Of a DNA stretch of 64,000 nt, positions 37,952 to 48,271 are shown one piece after another. Source of the DNA: an uncultured Gemmatimonadaceae bacterium (GTDB lineage: Bacteria > Gemmatimonadota > Gemmatimonadetes > Gemmatimonadales > Gemmatimonadaceae); the NCBI GenBank assembly GCA_963817445.1, contig CAWFOG010000028.1, positions 30,379-94,378 on the forward strand, written 5' to 3'. The notes beneath the pieces are model-generated. The model saw only the letters and a program-made list of their open reading frames with translations. It had not been told where the DNA came from and made no database searches. The number at the start of each line of letters is the position of its first letter. The first letter of the stretch is position 1. The translations under genes and the position numbers were made by a program.

Positions 37952-39180
37952 CGCTTGGGGACGAACGTGACGGTGAAATCGTCGTCAGTGTCTTCGGTCG
38001 GACGGACGTTGGCCGCACGCGCGAACACAACGAGGACTCGTTCGTCGTCGTCGACCTGTCGACGAACAACGCGTCGCTCGAACCGGCGGTGCGTCGCCAT
38101 CGGCCGGGGCCCAAGGGCTCGTTGTTCATGGTGGCGGACGGCATGGGCGGCGCCGCGGCCGGCGAAATCGCCAGCGCGATGGCCGTGGAGATCGTGTTGT
38201 CCGAGCTGCGGGCCAGTTGGATCGGCAACGCGAATGCGTCCGGCGCACAGGGGTTCGCCCGCGCGCTGACGCAGGCCACGCGCGCGGCGAACGACCAGAT
38301 CAACGCCTACGCCTCGCACCACGCCGAATTCCGCGGCATGGGGACGACGGCGACGATCGCCGGCCTGCTCGGCGACACGCTCTACCTGGCGCAGGTGGGC
38401 GACAGCCGCGCGTATCTCGTGCGCGGCGGCGCGGTGCAACAGATCACGAAAGATCAATCGCTCATGCAAAAACTCATCGAGGCCGGTGAGCTCACGGAAG
38501 AGGAAGCCGAGCACAGCGATCGGCGAAACATCATCTTGCAGGCGCTGGGCCCCGAGCCGACGATCAAAGTCGACCTCACCCATCAAACAGTGCGTCGCGG
38601 CGACGTGCTCGTGTTGTGCAGCGACGGGCTGTCCGGCCAGGTGACCAAGGACGACATCGCGACCGCCGTGCGCGACGAGCCGGAGCTCATCGATGTGTGC
38701 AAACGGCTCATCGAACGCGCGAACGCCAACGGCGGACCGGACAACATCACGGTGATCGTCGCCCGGTTCGACGGGAATGGCCTCCGGATCGCCGACGCGA
38801 GCGACGAAGTCGGTCATCGTGTGTTTTCGCTCGCCGATTCCGCAAAGACTCCGGTGTCCGTCGACGCGGTCGCAGCACGCGCGACGCCTGCGGCAAGCGC
38901 ACCGACTCCGGTCAGCGCGCCCACGCCGGTCGCGAACGCGGTCGATGCCGCCGACGCGCCCTTCACTGCCCCAGCCACCCGGCCCCCCGTCGCCGACCCA
39001 TCGGCATTCGCTCGGTTGGGATTCGAGCCGTATGTGTCGCCCGAGCGCCGGAACGTCGGCCGAGCGGTGGCCGTGGCGCTCCTCGCCATACTCGTCATTG
39101 GCGCGACGTGGTTGGTCGTGCACAGCGCGCGATCCGCGGCCGGTCCGACGACGTCGTCACCAGCGCCCCAGGCTCCTTAG
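37948..39180 (+). CDS. PP2C-family Ser/Thr phosphatase with C-terminal membrane anchor
   Basis: GRTDVGRTREHNEDSF, MVADGMGGAAAGEIAS, LCSDGLSG, GGPDNITVIV. TM segment VAVALLAILVIGATWLVV. The GTG overlaps the FHA gene stop. Confidence 0.85.
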   Translation: MTLGDERDGEIVVSVFGRTDVGRTREHNEDSFVVVDLSTNNASLEPAVRRHRPGPKGSLFMVADGMGGAAAGEIASAMAVEIVLSELRASWIGNANASGAQGFARALTQATRAANDQINAYASHHAEFRGMGTTATIAGLLGDTLYLAQVGDSRAYLVRGGAVQQITKDQSLMQKLIEAGELTEEEAEHSDRRNIILQALGPEPTIKVDLTHQTVRRGDVLVLCSDGLSGQVTKDDIATAVRDEPELIDVCKRLIERANANGGPDNITVIVARFDGNGLRIADASDEVGHRVFSLADSAKTPVSVDAVAARATPAASAPTPVSAPTPVANAVDAADAPFTAPATRPPVADPSAFARLGFEPYVSPERRNVGRAVAVALLAILVIGATWLVVHSARSAAGPTTSSPAPQAP

Positions 39181-40319
39181 CGCGGCGTCAGCGTGCCGAG
39201 GATGCGGGGCCCGCGCGCGCCAGTCGCGCGCGGCACGTTGCCTGGTTGACCGGTCACGTGGAGGTGCGCGAGCAGGGCGAACGCCACGGCCTCCTTCGCT
39301 TCGCCATCAAAGAACTGCTCGCCAAACTCGCGCACCGCCAGCGGCGCAATCGCGCGTTTTAACATGGCGACGAGCGTCGGGTTCTTCGCGCCGCCGCCGG
39401 AGATCAGCACCTCGGTCGCCGGCTCCGGCATGAATCGGCGATACGCGTCGGCGATGCTCGACGCGGTGAGCGCGGTCGCGGTGGCGATGACGTCGTCGTT
39501 CGTCGCGCGTGGATCGACTTCCCTGCACCGCGCCACCAGCCGCTCCACGTAGGCCCGATCGAACAGCTCGCGTCCCGTCGATTTGGGCGGCGGGCTGGCG
39601 AAGTATGGATGCGCGAGGAGCTCGTCGACGACCGGCTGGAGCGGCCGGCCGGCGGCCGCGCGCGCACCATCAATGTCGAATAGCAATTCCGGCATGAGCA
39701 TCTGTGTCACGCCGTCGATCACGGCGACGCCAGGGCCGGTGTCGAAGGCCCGCACGCCGTCGAGCATCGCCGTCGCTCCGCGGGGCGGCACCACGGTCAC
39801 GTTGCCGATCCCGCCGATGTTCTGCAACGCCCGCCAGTCGTCGCCGGCGAACAGCAGCGCGTCGGCGATCGGCACGAGCGGCGCGCCCTGGCCGCCGGCG
39901 GCGACGTCGCGCACACGAAAGTTGCTCACGACGTCGATCCCGGTCCGCTCGGCGATGACGGCGGCTTCGCCGAGCTGCCAGGTCGAGCGCGGAGCGTCGT
40001 GCCAGATGGTCTGACCGTGCGAGCCAATCGCGCGCACGTCGCCGCGCGGCACGCCCGCCTCGGCGAGCACGGCCACCGCCGCGTCGGCCAACCAGCCGCC
40101 GAGGTCAAAGGCAAGTTGCGAATACTCGCTCGCGCTGGCGCCGGTGAGCGCCGCGCGCAGGCGATCGCGCTGCGCGGCCGTGTACGGCCGCGTGACGAAG
40201 GCCAGGAGTTGCGGATCGAGCCGCGCATCGCCGCTCTCGGGCGCCGCGGCAAAGCGCACGACCGCCGCGGAGATGCCGTCGAGCGACGTGCCGGACATGA
40301 GCCCGACGTAGACGTTCAC
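39177..40319 (-). CDS. anmK: anhydro-N-acetylmuramic acid kinase
   Basis: GLMSGTSLDGISAAVV N-terminus, and QNIGGIGNVT. Confidence 0.9.
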   Translation of the reverse strand: MNVYVGLMSGTSLDGISAAVVRFAAAPESGDARLDPQLLAFVTRPYTAAQRDRLRAALTGASASEYSQLAFDLGGWLADAAVAVLAEAGVPRGDVRAIGSHGQTIWHDAPRSTWQLGEAAVIAERTGIDVVSNFRVRDVAAGGQGAPLVPIADALLFAGDDWRALQNIGGIGNVTVVPPRGATAMLDGVRAFDTGPGVAVIDGVTQMLMPELLFDIDGARAAAGRPLQPVVDELLAHPYFASPPPKSTGRELFDRAYVERLVARCREVDPRATNDDVIATATALTASSIADAYRRFMPEPATEVLISGGGAKNPTLVAMLKRAIAPLAVREFGEQFFDGEAKEAVAFALLAHLHVTGQPGNVPRATGARGPRILGTLTPR

Positions 40320-40346
40320 AGAATACTCATGTCGCGCTGCGCGTGC

Positions 40347-41270
40347 TCACGGCGGCGGCACCGGCGGCGGCGGGCGCTCGACGGCGCGCCGGATCACGCC
40401 CCCGGCTCGCTCGAGCGCGCGCTCGGCCTCGGCGCGCGACTGGTCGAGCAGCTGCATCACGATCGCCGTCTTGACGACGCCGCCGCTCGCCGCGAGCACC
40501 GCGCGCGCCTGCTCGCGTTCCGTGCCGCACACCTCCATGACAATTCTCTCACTGCGGTCGGCGAGCTTGGCGTTCGTCGCCCGCAGGTCGACCATGAGAT
40601 TGCCATACGTCTTGCCCAGGCGGATCATGGCGCCCGTCGTGATCATGTTGAGCACGAGTTTGGTCGCGGTGCCGGCTTTCATGCGCGTCGAGCCCGTGAC
40701 GACCTCGGGACCGGTGAGCGGAAGCACGATCATGTCGGCGAGGTCGCGCATCTCGGCCGGTGGCGGCGAACAGGCGACGAGCGCCGTGCTCGCGCCGACG
40801 CCGCGGGCGTACGCGAGCGCGTGTCGCACGTACGGTGTTGTTCCGGAGGCGGCGATCCCGACGACCAAGTCGCCCGCGCGCACACCGGCGCGCGTCAGAT
40901 CCTCGGCCGCCGCGTCGACGCGATCTTCCGCTCCCTCCTGCGATCGCGTGAGCGCTGCCGCGCCGCCGGCGATGATCCCCTGCACCATTTCCGGATCGGT
41001 GCCGAATGTGGGCGGACATTCCGACGCGTCGAGCACACCGAGGCGGCCGGACGTTCCCGCGCCTACATAGAACAGGCGGCCGCCGTTGCGAAAGGTCGAC
41101 ACGGCGCGTTCAATGACGCGCGCGATCGCCTCGCGTTCTTTGCGAACGGCCGAGGGAACGGTCTCGTCTTCGGCGGTTATGAGATCAACGATCTCCAGCG
41201 GCGACGCGAGATCGATGTCGGCGGTGCGCGCGTTCCGGCGCTCGGTGAGCCGGGGGTCGATGAACGTCAT
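40347..41270 (-). CDS. murQ: N-acetylmuramic acid 6-phosphate etherase
   Basis: ATG 41270. SIS domain GGRLFYVGAGTSGRLGVLDASECPPTFG...GIAASGTTPYV...GSTRMKAGTATKLVLNM. Confidence 0.9.
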   Translation of the reverse strand: MTFIDPRLTERRNARTADIDLASPLEIVDLITAEDETVPSAVRKEREAIARVIERAVSTFRNGGRLFYVGAGTSGRLGVLDASECPPTFGTDPEMVQGIIAGGAAALTRSQEGAEDRVDAAAEDLTRAGVRAGDLVVGIAASGTTPYVRHALAYARGVGASTALVACSPPPAEMRDLADMIVLPLTGPEVVTGSTRMKAGTATKLVLNMITTGAMIRLGKTYGNLMVDLRATNAKLADRSERIVMEVCGTEREQARAVLAASGGVVKTAIVMQLLDQSRAEAERALERAGGVIRRAVERPPPPVPPP

Positions 41271-41327
41271 GTCACCAGCTAACTTACGCCGAGTCGCAGG
41301 CGGCTCGCAACAACGACGAGGTGGCAC

Positions 41328-42014
41328 ATGTTTCGGCCTATCGGCACTTCGAAGCACGTCCTGCTCGCGGCGATGATCGGTTTGGCGGTCGCGGCAGCAG
41401 CGCCGACCGCGGCGCACGCGCAGGGACGCTCCTCGCGGCGCGGGTCCGACACGGGGCCCGGCTACTGGGTCGGCCTCTCGTACGGATTCATCGACGGGAC
41501 GACCATTTCCGACGGCAACTCCGGCGACACCTGGCAGTTCGGCTACACGTCGCAAATTCGCGCCACGCTCGAGAAGACGATGGATCGCAACTTCTCGATC
41601 GGCGTCGCCGCCGGATTTTCGACCGCTCCGATGACCTTTTCGTCGTCGGCGACATCGCCCATCAACACGGGATGCCTGGCCGGATGCGCGGCGAACGCGG
41701 ACATCACGCAATACCTCGGGTACATTCGCAGCGGCGGCGGGCTCGGGTTCCACGGGCTATTCAGCCTCGAGGGCGGCGCGACGGAGTTCTCACGGTTCCG
41801 CGACAAGGCGAACGGCGCATCGCTCCCGCCAACGGGCGGCACATACGACTTCACCATCGGATTTGGCGGCGGCATCGGGTACGGCGTGTCGACGATTTCG
41901 GAGATTTACGCCGAGGATCAGTATGACTTCGTGCTGCACCCTGAAGGGGCGAACACGACGACGAGCGCGCCGAGGTTGATGGTGATTAGGGTCGGCGGTC
42001 GCATCGGGTTTTGA
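41328..42014 (+). CDS. outer-membrane beta-barrel protein (OmpW/porin-like)
   Basis: Signal peptide ...AAAAPTAAHAQ, alternating Gly/aromatic strands, terminal ...VGGRIGF. Confidence 0.6.
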   Translation: MFRPIGTSKHVLLAAMIGLAVAAAAPTAAHAQGRSSRRGSDTGPGYWVGLSYGFIDGTTISDGNSGDTWQFGYTSQIRATLEKTMDRNFSIGVAAGFSTAPMTFSSSATSPINTGCLAGCAANADITQYLGYIRSGGGLGFHGLFSLEGGATEFSRFRDKANGASLPPTGGTYDFTIGFGGGIGYGVSTISEIYAEDQYDFVLHPEGANTTTSAPRLMVIRVGGRIGF

Positions 42015-42143
42015 CGGCCGGCTGATGGCTGACGGCTGATAGCTGGCACCGTCGTCTAGCGTGGGCCATCGGCGAGCAAGCCACGCCTGACCGCGAACGG
42101 CACGACTGACGGCTGACGGCACGGCGAGTTGTCAGCGAGGCCA

Positions 42144-42185
42144 GCGAAAAGCGGATAGCCGGCCGTGTTTCCGCCGACTATCCGC
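42144..42185 (-). terminator. candidate intrinsic terminator of the 42242..43084 gene
   Basis: Minus strand: GCGGAUAG-(19 nt)-CUAUCCGC followed by UUUUCG. Confidence 0.4.
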
Positions 42186-42241
42186 TCTGAGTTTCGCGGC
42201 CTATCAGCTTCCCGTCGCCATGCTAGCCGACAGCCCACCGC

Positions 42242-43084
42242 CTACGCGATACGAACCGTCGCCGCCGAGTTGAGCTTCACCACAATGCTCCCCCCCGACG
42301 CCACGCACCCGATGTAATTCCCGGTCGCCGCCGCCGTCGCCGCTCCGCCTGCCGCTCCGACCGCGCCGCCGATCACCGTCGCCTTCGTGCTCTTGCCAAT
42401 GAGCTTGCCCGCGATCGCCCCGACCGCGGCGCCGATGCCGACCTTCTGGAGGTCCTTGTTCTTCGGCTCGTCGCGAATGCGGTCCACCGCCGCCGACGCC
42501 ACCGTCGCGTCAAGCTGGTAGGTGTGCCCGCTGAACGTCACCGAGTTCACCGCGAACTCCATGATGACTTGGTCGTTGGTGTTTTCCGCGCGCTTGAGCT
42601 GCGTCACGGTGAGGTTGACCGTGGCGCCAGCGGGAATCGTCGCGCCGTTCGAGCCCGTGACCGGGGCGTCGAGCGTGGCCGTGATGTGATCGCCGACCGC
42701 GTTGGTGTTCGTGCAGACCTTGGAATTTGAATGAGTGTTCAGCGTCGAGCCGGCCGCTATGGTGCCCATCGCGGCTTCGCTGGAACCGCCCGACGTATTG
42801 CCGGGCGCTGACGTCGACGGCGCGTTCCTTGGCGCGTTGTGGCGCTCGGTCGGACGCGGCTCATTGCGACGCGACGGAGCCTTGGTCGACGGCGCGTTCG
42901 CAGGGACATCCTTGAGCTGCGGTTGCGACGCGGTGTCGCGGCCCGCGAGGGCAAGATCGCGTTTCAGCGTTGTATCGGCGCCGAGCGCTGTCGTGTCTGG
43001 GCCCTGTTTCTGCTCTCCGCGACAGGCGCCGAGTGCGGCGGTCGCGACGAGCAAAAAGGCTCCAAGCTGGCGGGTATATTTCAT
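42242..43084 (-). CDS. lipoprotein with C-terminal glycine-zipper region
   Basis: Lipobox ALGAC. VGIGAAVGAIAGKLIG...IGGAVGAAGGAATAAATG. Confidence 0.6.
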   Translation of the reverse strand: MKYTRQLGAFLLVATAALGACRGEQKQGPDTTALGADTTLKRDLALAGRDTASQPQLKDVPANAPSTKAPSRRNEPRPTERHNAPRNAPSTSAPGNTSGGSSEAAMGTIAAGSTLNTHSNSKVCTNTNAVGDHITATLDAPVTGSNGATIPAGATVNLTVTQLKRAENTNDQVIMEFAVNSVTFSGHTYQLDATVASAAVDRIRDEPKNKDLQKVGIGAAVGAIAGKLIGKSTKATVIGGAVGAAGGAATAAATGNYIGCVASGGSIVVKLNSAATVRIA

Positions 43085-43115
43085 TGTGGGAATTCCTCCT
43101 GGGGTGAGCTGAGCA

Positions 43116-44936
43116 GTGGCAACGCATGTGCCAACGGTGGGGTCGCTGCGACGCCTGCTTCCGTACTATCGTCCGTATCGCGGATCAATGGCGGGTGGGC
43201 TCACGCTCGTCGTCGGCTCAGCGGCGTTTTCGAGCGTGGTGCCGTGGTTCTTAAGACGCGCGCTCGACGCGATCGGCAACGGCGCGCCGGTGAAATCTAT
43301 CTGGATTCTCGCCGGGGCGATGATCGGTGTGTCACTGATCGGCGGTGTCGGACGTTACGGAATGCGCGAGTTGCTGAATAGCGTCAGCCGCTGGATGGAG
43401 TACGATCTCCGCAACGACCTCTTCCGTAAGCTGGAAGAGCTGGACCCCGCATACTACGCTCGGACGCGCACCGGCGACCTCATGGCGCGCCTGACGAACG
43501 ACCTGAGCGCCGTTCGCACGGCGGCCGGTCCGGCGGTCATGTATTTCATGAACACGATTGCCGGCGGTGCGTTCGCGCTCGCGTTCATGCTCGCCATCTC
43601 GCCGCGACTGACACTCGTCGCCGCGCTGCCAATGGCCGTGCTTCCCGCCCTCGGGCTCCTGTTCGGCCGGCGGATCCACGCGCGCTTTGAATCGGTGCAG
43701 GCGCACTTCAGCGATCTCACAACGCTCGCGCAAGAGAACCTCGCCGGTGTCCGCATCGTCCGCGCCTTTCGCCAGGAGCAGGCGGAGGCCGAGCGCTTTG
43801 GCACGTTGAACGAGGGATACCTCGATAAGAACATGAAGCTCGCGCAGCTCTACGGGCTCATGCAGCCGGCCTTCTCGATCTTCGCCGGGCTCGGCATGGT
43901 CGCCGTCGTCGGCCTTGGCGGGGCGCTCGTGCTCCACGGGACGATCACCATCGGCGCCTTCGTCGCCTTTGGCATGTACCTCGGCATGTTGACCTGGCCG
44001 CTCATCGCGCTCGGCTGGGTGATCAATCTGTTCCAGCGCGGCGCCGCGTCGATGTCGCGACTGCTCGACATCCTCGACGCCACACCCGAGCTCGCCGAGC
44101 CGGCGCAGCCGCGCGCATTGCCCGTGGCCCTGTCGGGACGCTCAATCGAGTTTCGTAATGTCGGATTTCACTATCCGGGTGAGCCGGGGCACGCCACGCG
44201 ATGGGTGTTGCGTCACGTGAATCTCACGATCGCCGCCGGATCGACGATTGGCGTTGTCGGCGCGACGGCCAGCGGCAAGAGCGCGTTGATGGATCTCGTA
44301 CCGCGGCTGTTCGATCCGCAGGAGGGCGAGATCTTGATCGACGGCGTGCCGATTCGCGACATCGAACTTGCCGCGCTCCGCCGCGAGATCGGATACGTGC
44401 CGCAAGAGAGCTTTCTCTTCAGCGACACGATCGGCAGCAACCTCGTCTACGGCACCGACGACGCGACGGCCGGACGATGGGCCGCCGAAGTCGCGCAACT
44501 CAGCGAGACGATCGACCAGTTCCCGGGCGGATTTGACACTCTGCTCGGCGAGCGAGGTATCAACCTGTCGGGCGGTCAGAAGCAGCGCGCGGCGTTGGCA
44601 CGTGCGCTGGCGCGTCGGCCGAGCATCGTCTTGCTCGACGACGCGCTTTCGGCGGTCGACACGCACACCGAGGCGGAGATTCTCCGGTCGTTGCGCGAAA
44701 CGCTGTCGGGGCGGACGGCACTCATCGCCTCCCATCGGGTGAGCGCGATTCGCGACGCGACGTGGATCATCGTCCTCGATGAGGGACGGATTGTCGAGCA
44801 GGGCCGGCACCAGGAGTTGTTGGCAGCGGGCGGACGGTACTGGGCGTTACTCAACCGCCAGCAGCTGGAAGAGGCCATTGAGTCGGATGACAGCGAGTTG
44901 GCAGGCGCCGGTTCGGAGGATACAATCAACGCATGA
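43116..44936 (+). CDS. ABC exporter, fused permease/ATPase (MsbA/MdlB-like)
   Basis: Six-TM domain, then Walker A GATASGKS, signature LSGGQKQR and Walker B IVLLDDALS. Confidence 0.9.
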   Translation: MATHVPTVGSLRRLLPYYRPYRGSMAGGLTLVVGSAAFSSVVPWFLRRALDAIGNGAPVKSIWILAGAMIGVSLIGGVGRYGMRELLNSVSRWMEYDLRNDLFRKLEELDPAYYARTRTGDLMARLTNDLSAVRTAAGPAVMYFMNTIAGGAFALAFMLAISPRLTLVAALPMAVLPALGLLFGRRIHARFESVQAHFSDLTTLAQENLAGVRIVRAFRQEQAEAERFGTLNEGYLDKNMKLAQLYGLMQPAFSIFAGLGMVAVVGLGGALVLHGTITIGAFVAFGMYLGMLTWPLIALGWVINLFQRGAASMSRLLDILDATPELAEPAQPRALPVALSGRSIEFRNVGFHYPGEPGHATRWVLRHVNLTIAAGSTIGVVGATASGKSALMDLVPRLFDPQEGEILIDGVPIRDIELAALRREIGYVPQESFLFSDTIGSNLVYGTDDATAGRWAAEVAQLSETIDQFPGGFDTLLGERGINLSGGQKQRAALARALARRPSIVLLDDALSAVDTHTEAEILRSLRETLSGRTALIASHRVSAIRDATWIIVLDEGRIVEQGRHQELLAAGGRYWALLNRQQLEEAIESDDSELAGAGSEDTINA

Positions 44937-45787
44937 GTCGGGTGGATTCGTTCAGCGATCAGCGCACCGAGGCGGGTTCGACGGACCGTCGGCTGGCAGC
45001 GATCGAAGAGCAACTCAAAGAGGCGATCGTCGAGATCGCCGAGTTGCAGGCGCGCGACGCGCTCAAGACGCAGTTTCTCGCCAACATCTCGCACGATCTG
45101 CGCACGCCGCTCACGGCGGTCATCACCCATGCGGAGATCCTGCGCGACGGCATTCTCGGCGACCTCTCCGTGCGACAGATGGAGAGCGTTCGCGGCATCA
45201 TCAACGGCGGACGCCAGCTCCTGAGTCAGGTCGGCGAGATTCTCACCTACGCGCGCGGAGCGGCGAACCAACTCACGCTCACCGTCGGGCGATTTTCAAT
45301 TCGCGAGCCGCTCGATCAGGTGAGCGGACTCAATGCGTCGCTGCTCAAGAAGAAGCGATTGGCGCTGTCGGTCGATGTCGACGCCGACCTGCCGCCGGTG
45401 TCGGCCGACCGCGAGAAGATCGCGCACATCGTGGGCAATCTGCTCGGCAACGCGATCGAATTCACGCCGGCCGGCGGCCGCGTGTGGCTGCGTGCCACGC
45501 GCGCGCAAGGTGCTGTCCCGGAGTGCGTGCTGATCGAAGTCGGCGACACCGGCGTCGGCATCGCGTCGGAACATCATGAATTGATCTTTCGGGAATTCGC
45601 ACAGGTCGACGCGACGCCGTCGCGCCCGCACCACGGCACCGGTCTCGGGCTGACGATCGCGCGCAAACTCGTCGAGCTCCATGGCGGGAGCATCTGGGTC
45701 GACAGCGCGCTCGGAGCTGGGAGCCGATTCTTTTTCACGGTGCCGATCAATCAGCCGGATGCGTCGTCGGTGAATTCGCCGACGTGA
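44933..45787 (+). CDS. cytoplasmic histidine kinase (coiled coil + HisKA + HATPase_c)
   Basis: H-box FLANISHDLRTPL, N-box NLLGNAIEFT, G-boxes DTGVGI and GTGLGL. The start overlaps the ABC gene stop (ATGA). Confidence 0.85.
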   Translation: MSRVDSFSDQRTEAGSTDRRLAAIEEQLKEAIVEIAELQARDALKTQFLANISHDLRTPLTAVITHAEILRDGILGDLSVRQMESVRGIINGGRQLLSQVGEILTYARGAANQLTLTVGRFSIREPLDQVSGLNASLLKKKRLALSVDVDADLPPVSADREKIAHIVGNLLGNAIEFTPAGGRVWLRATRAQGAVPECVLIEVGDTGVGIASEHHELIFREFAQVDATPSRPHHGTGLGLTIARKLVELHGGSIWVDSALGAGSRFFFTVPINQPDASSVNSPT

Positions 45788-46155
45788 CCGGTCGAGCGCA
45801 CGTCCTGGTCGTCGAGGACAACGAACTCGTCGCGGGCGCGATGCGCATGGTGTTCGAGAGCGCGGACTTTCGTGTGTCGACCGCCGCATCGCTCGCCGAC
45901 GTCGTCCGTGTCGTCGCCACGGATCCCGCCGATCTCGTGCTGCTCGACCTCACGCTGCCGGACGGCGACGGACTGTCGGTCGTCGCGTCGCTGCGCGCGT
46001 CGGGCGCGCGGGCGGTCGTCGCGCTCACCGGGCGCGACGATGAGGACGTTCGGCAGCAGTGCCTCGACGCCGGGTGCGTCGAGGTGCTGCTCAAGCCTGT
46101 GCCGGTGAGAGAGCTGTTGCAGCGAGCGGAGAGGTGGATTGGAAGCGGGTCATGA
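45784..46155 (+). CDS. single-domain response regulator (CheY-like receiver)
   Basis: VLVVEDN, LVLLDLTLPDGDG, LLKP. The GTG overlaps the kinase stop. Confidence 0.85.
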   Translation: MTGRAHVLVVEDNELVAGAMRMVFESADFRVSTAASLADVVRVVATDPADLVLLDLTLPDGDGLSVVASLRASGARAVVALTGRDDEDVRQQCLDAGCVEVLLKPVPVRELLQRAERWIGSGS

Positions 46156-46191
46156 ACATCACATCGTGACCCGTTCGCGCTCGACCGACGC

Positions 46192-48147
46192 TCACTTCTT
46201 CGCGATCACGATGATCTTTGCGTCGTCTTTCGCCATTCCCCGGAACCACGTCGCGACGTCCTTGACCTTGTCCGGCGCGTAAACGCCGCGGGCTCCAACG
46301 ATCGTGCGCGTCAGGACCAGCTCGCGTCCCTCCTGCGCATAGGTCGATTGGTAGCTGCCGAACGGGCTGGACGCCGTGACGCCAGCGGGGAGTTGCGCCT
46401 TCCATCCCATCGGAAGCGTCACATGCAACTCCGTCCGCGTCGTCCGGTTTCCGATGATCTGCCCAGCATCCACCGGGAACTTTCGCTCTTTTGCATTCTC
46501 CAGTTCGGTGGCCGCGGTGACCATGCCGGCCATGCTGCCGAAGGGAATCGTGAGAATCTCGTTGTCGCCAGCGCTCGACGTTGCCTTGCCGTGCTTGATG
46601 AGTAGACTCGCGCGCACCTTCGCCGAAAGGTTCTTCCCTTCGAACCCCGACAGGCTGTCGCCGGTTGCGCCGTCGAACATCGTGCCGGCAATCGAATTTG
46701 CGGCATTCGCTCGTTCCGTCGAGTCCATCGGATTCTCAAAGGCCGATCGAAGCGTGTACTGGAGCGCGCCGGTCGCCTCCTGGACATACCGGCCGTTGAA
46801 CATGCCGTCGCTCGTCAACTCACCGGCGATCGTGGTCGTGGTCACGTTGTCGGTCGGCGTCGACATCGGGAGCTGCGTCTCTTCGGAGCTGCCATCGGGG
46901 TGGACGACAAGGGCAAACTCTCCCTGCTCGCCGTAGGGCAGCTCGCCGTAGGGCGTGAATTCCGATGTGAGATCAGTAAACTGGTATCCGCCTGGCATCT
47001 TCACCGCGGCAATCGCATGGTCGAGCTGATCGATCGTCGCCAACTCTCGATACGATACGCCCGAGGCATTGAGCAGCACCGGGAACGTCGTGATGCCGAG
47101 CGAGTTCATCGCGGCGACGAACAGCGTCGCTTTGTCCTTGCAGTCACCAAACCCGCTCGTGACGACCGTGTCGGGCGATCGGGGCTGATACCCGCCAAGC
47201 CCGAGCGCGATCGACACGTACCGAATGTCCTGCGCGACGTACTTGTGCACCGCGCGGATCGTGTCCCCGCGGGTCTTCGCGCCGGAGGCCTTGATGATCT
47301 GCTGAACCTTGGCCGTGGACGCCGCGCCCAACGACGAACGCTCCTTCGCATTCTTTGCATACCATTTGCCGATGTCGGCCCACGTTTCCGGCGACGACAG
47401 CGCCACATGCATCACCACATCGTTCGAATCCGCCGCGTACGACTCGCCCTTGAGCCTCGGCACGTCGGCGGCGACCCAGGTATACACCGTGCGCCCGCCG
47501 GACTGGGTGGTCTTGCGCGGGAAATTGAGATTTCGCTCATGAAGCCGGACGTTGAGCGCGGCCGGAACGTCGACGACGAAACGGGAGCGTCGCACCGTGA
47601 GGCCGGTCGATACACTCCAGCTCTGAAAGAAGTCGCCGGGCAGGAACGGCTTGAGTTCCTCGCGCGTGTAGCTGTAATCCACGATTGTGCCGGGCGCCAC
47701 GCCCGACAGCGAGAGTCGCTTCACCCTGCGATCCGAGTACACGGGATCACCCATCTTCGCCGGCACGTCCGAGTCCTGCTCCTGAGACGGTCCGTCGCTG
47801 ATCACCTTCCCGTCCGGTCCGATGACGCGAATCCAGTTGAGTGTGAGCTTCTCGTGCCCCGGAGCGTAGCCGAAGCTCCATTCGTTGTAGTTCGCGACCA
47901 CCGCCTGCTTGAGGATTTGTACAATCTGTCGGTACGTCTCCGTTCCGCGGCCATCGGCTTCGAGCCGCACGACGCCGTCGTCGAGCAGAAAGACGGCATT
48001 TTCGTCGGGATGATCTTCCGGTTTGACGGCGAGTTTGTAAATCGTGTCTGCTTTGACGCTCGGATCACCCTGCTGGGTGATGGTCGGCGCCTGCGCCCCC
48101 ACTGAGGCGCCTGCAATGAGAAGGAGAAAGGCAGTGCGGCCAAGCAT
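46192..48147 (-). CDS. DUF3857 / transglutaminase-like / DUF3858-type secreted protein
   Basis: Signal peptide MLGRTAFLLLIAGASVGAQA. Transglutaminase core SGFGDCKDKATLFVAAMNSLGI. Confidence 0.75.
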   Translation of the reverse strand: MLGRTAFLLLIAGASVGAQAPTITQQGDPSVKADTIYKLAVKPEDHPDENAVFLLDDGVVRLEADGRGTETYRQIVQILKQAVVANYNEWSFGYAPGHEKLTLNWIRVIGPDGKVISDGPSQEQDSDVPAKMGDPVYSDRRVKRLSLSGVAPGTIVDYSYTREELKPFLPGDFFQSWSVSTGLTVRRSRFVVDVPAALNVRLHERNLNFPRKTTQSGGRTVYTWVAADVPRLKGESYAADSNDVVMHVALSSPETWADIGKWYAKNAKERSSLGAASTAKVQQIIKASGAKTRGDTIRAVHKYVAQDIRYVSIALGLGGYQPRSPDTVVTSGFGDCKDKATLFVAAMNSLGITTFPVLLNASGVSYRELATIDQLDHAIAAVKMPGGYQFTDLTSEFTPYGELPYGEQGEFALVVHPDGSSEETQLPMSTPTDNVTTTTIAGELTSDGMFNGRYVQEATGALQYTLRSAFENPMDSTERANAANSIAGTMFDGATGDSLSGFEGKNLSAKVRASLLIKHGKATSSAGDNEILTIPFGSMAGMVTAATELENAKERKFPVDAGQIIGNRTTRTELHVTLPMGWKAQLPAGVTASSPFGSYQSTYAQEGRELVLTRTIVGARGVYAPDKVKDVATWFRGMAKDDAKIIVIAKK

Positions 48148-48271
48148 CTGAGTCGTGGGAGAAGAGTTTTCTGACTGGTGCCGTCGGACGACGACGGTGG
48201 GACGGAAGTATGGTTCACGAATCGTGATGGCACCAGACGCGCCCGCTCAGCCGTGTCACCTAACAGGCTGT

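Noticed and set aside
42015-42241. tRNA-like or other small RNA in the OMP/lipoprotein intergenic region
   Set aside because: There is no T-loop (GGTTCGAATCC-like) or acceptor-stem pairing. The features are explained by a 7-mer repeat and a terminator hairpin.
43116-46155. ABC exporter-kinase-receiver operon as a novel system
   Set aside because: All three are standard families with overlapping stop and start codons. This arrangement is common and nothing unusual is visible in the sequence.
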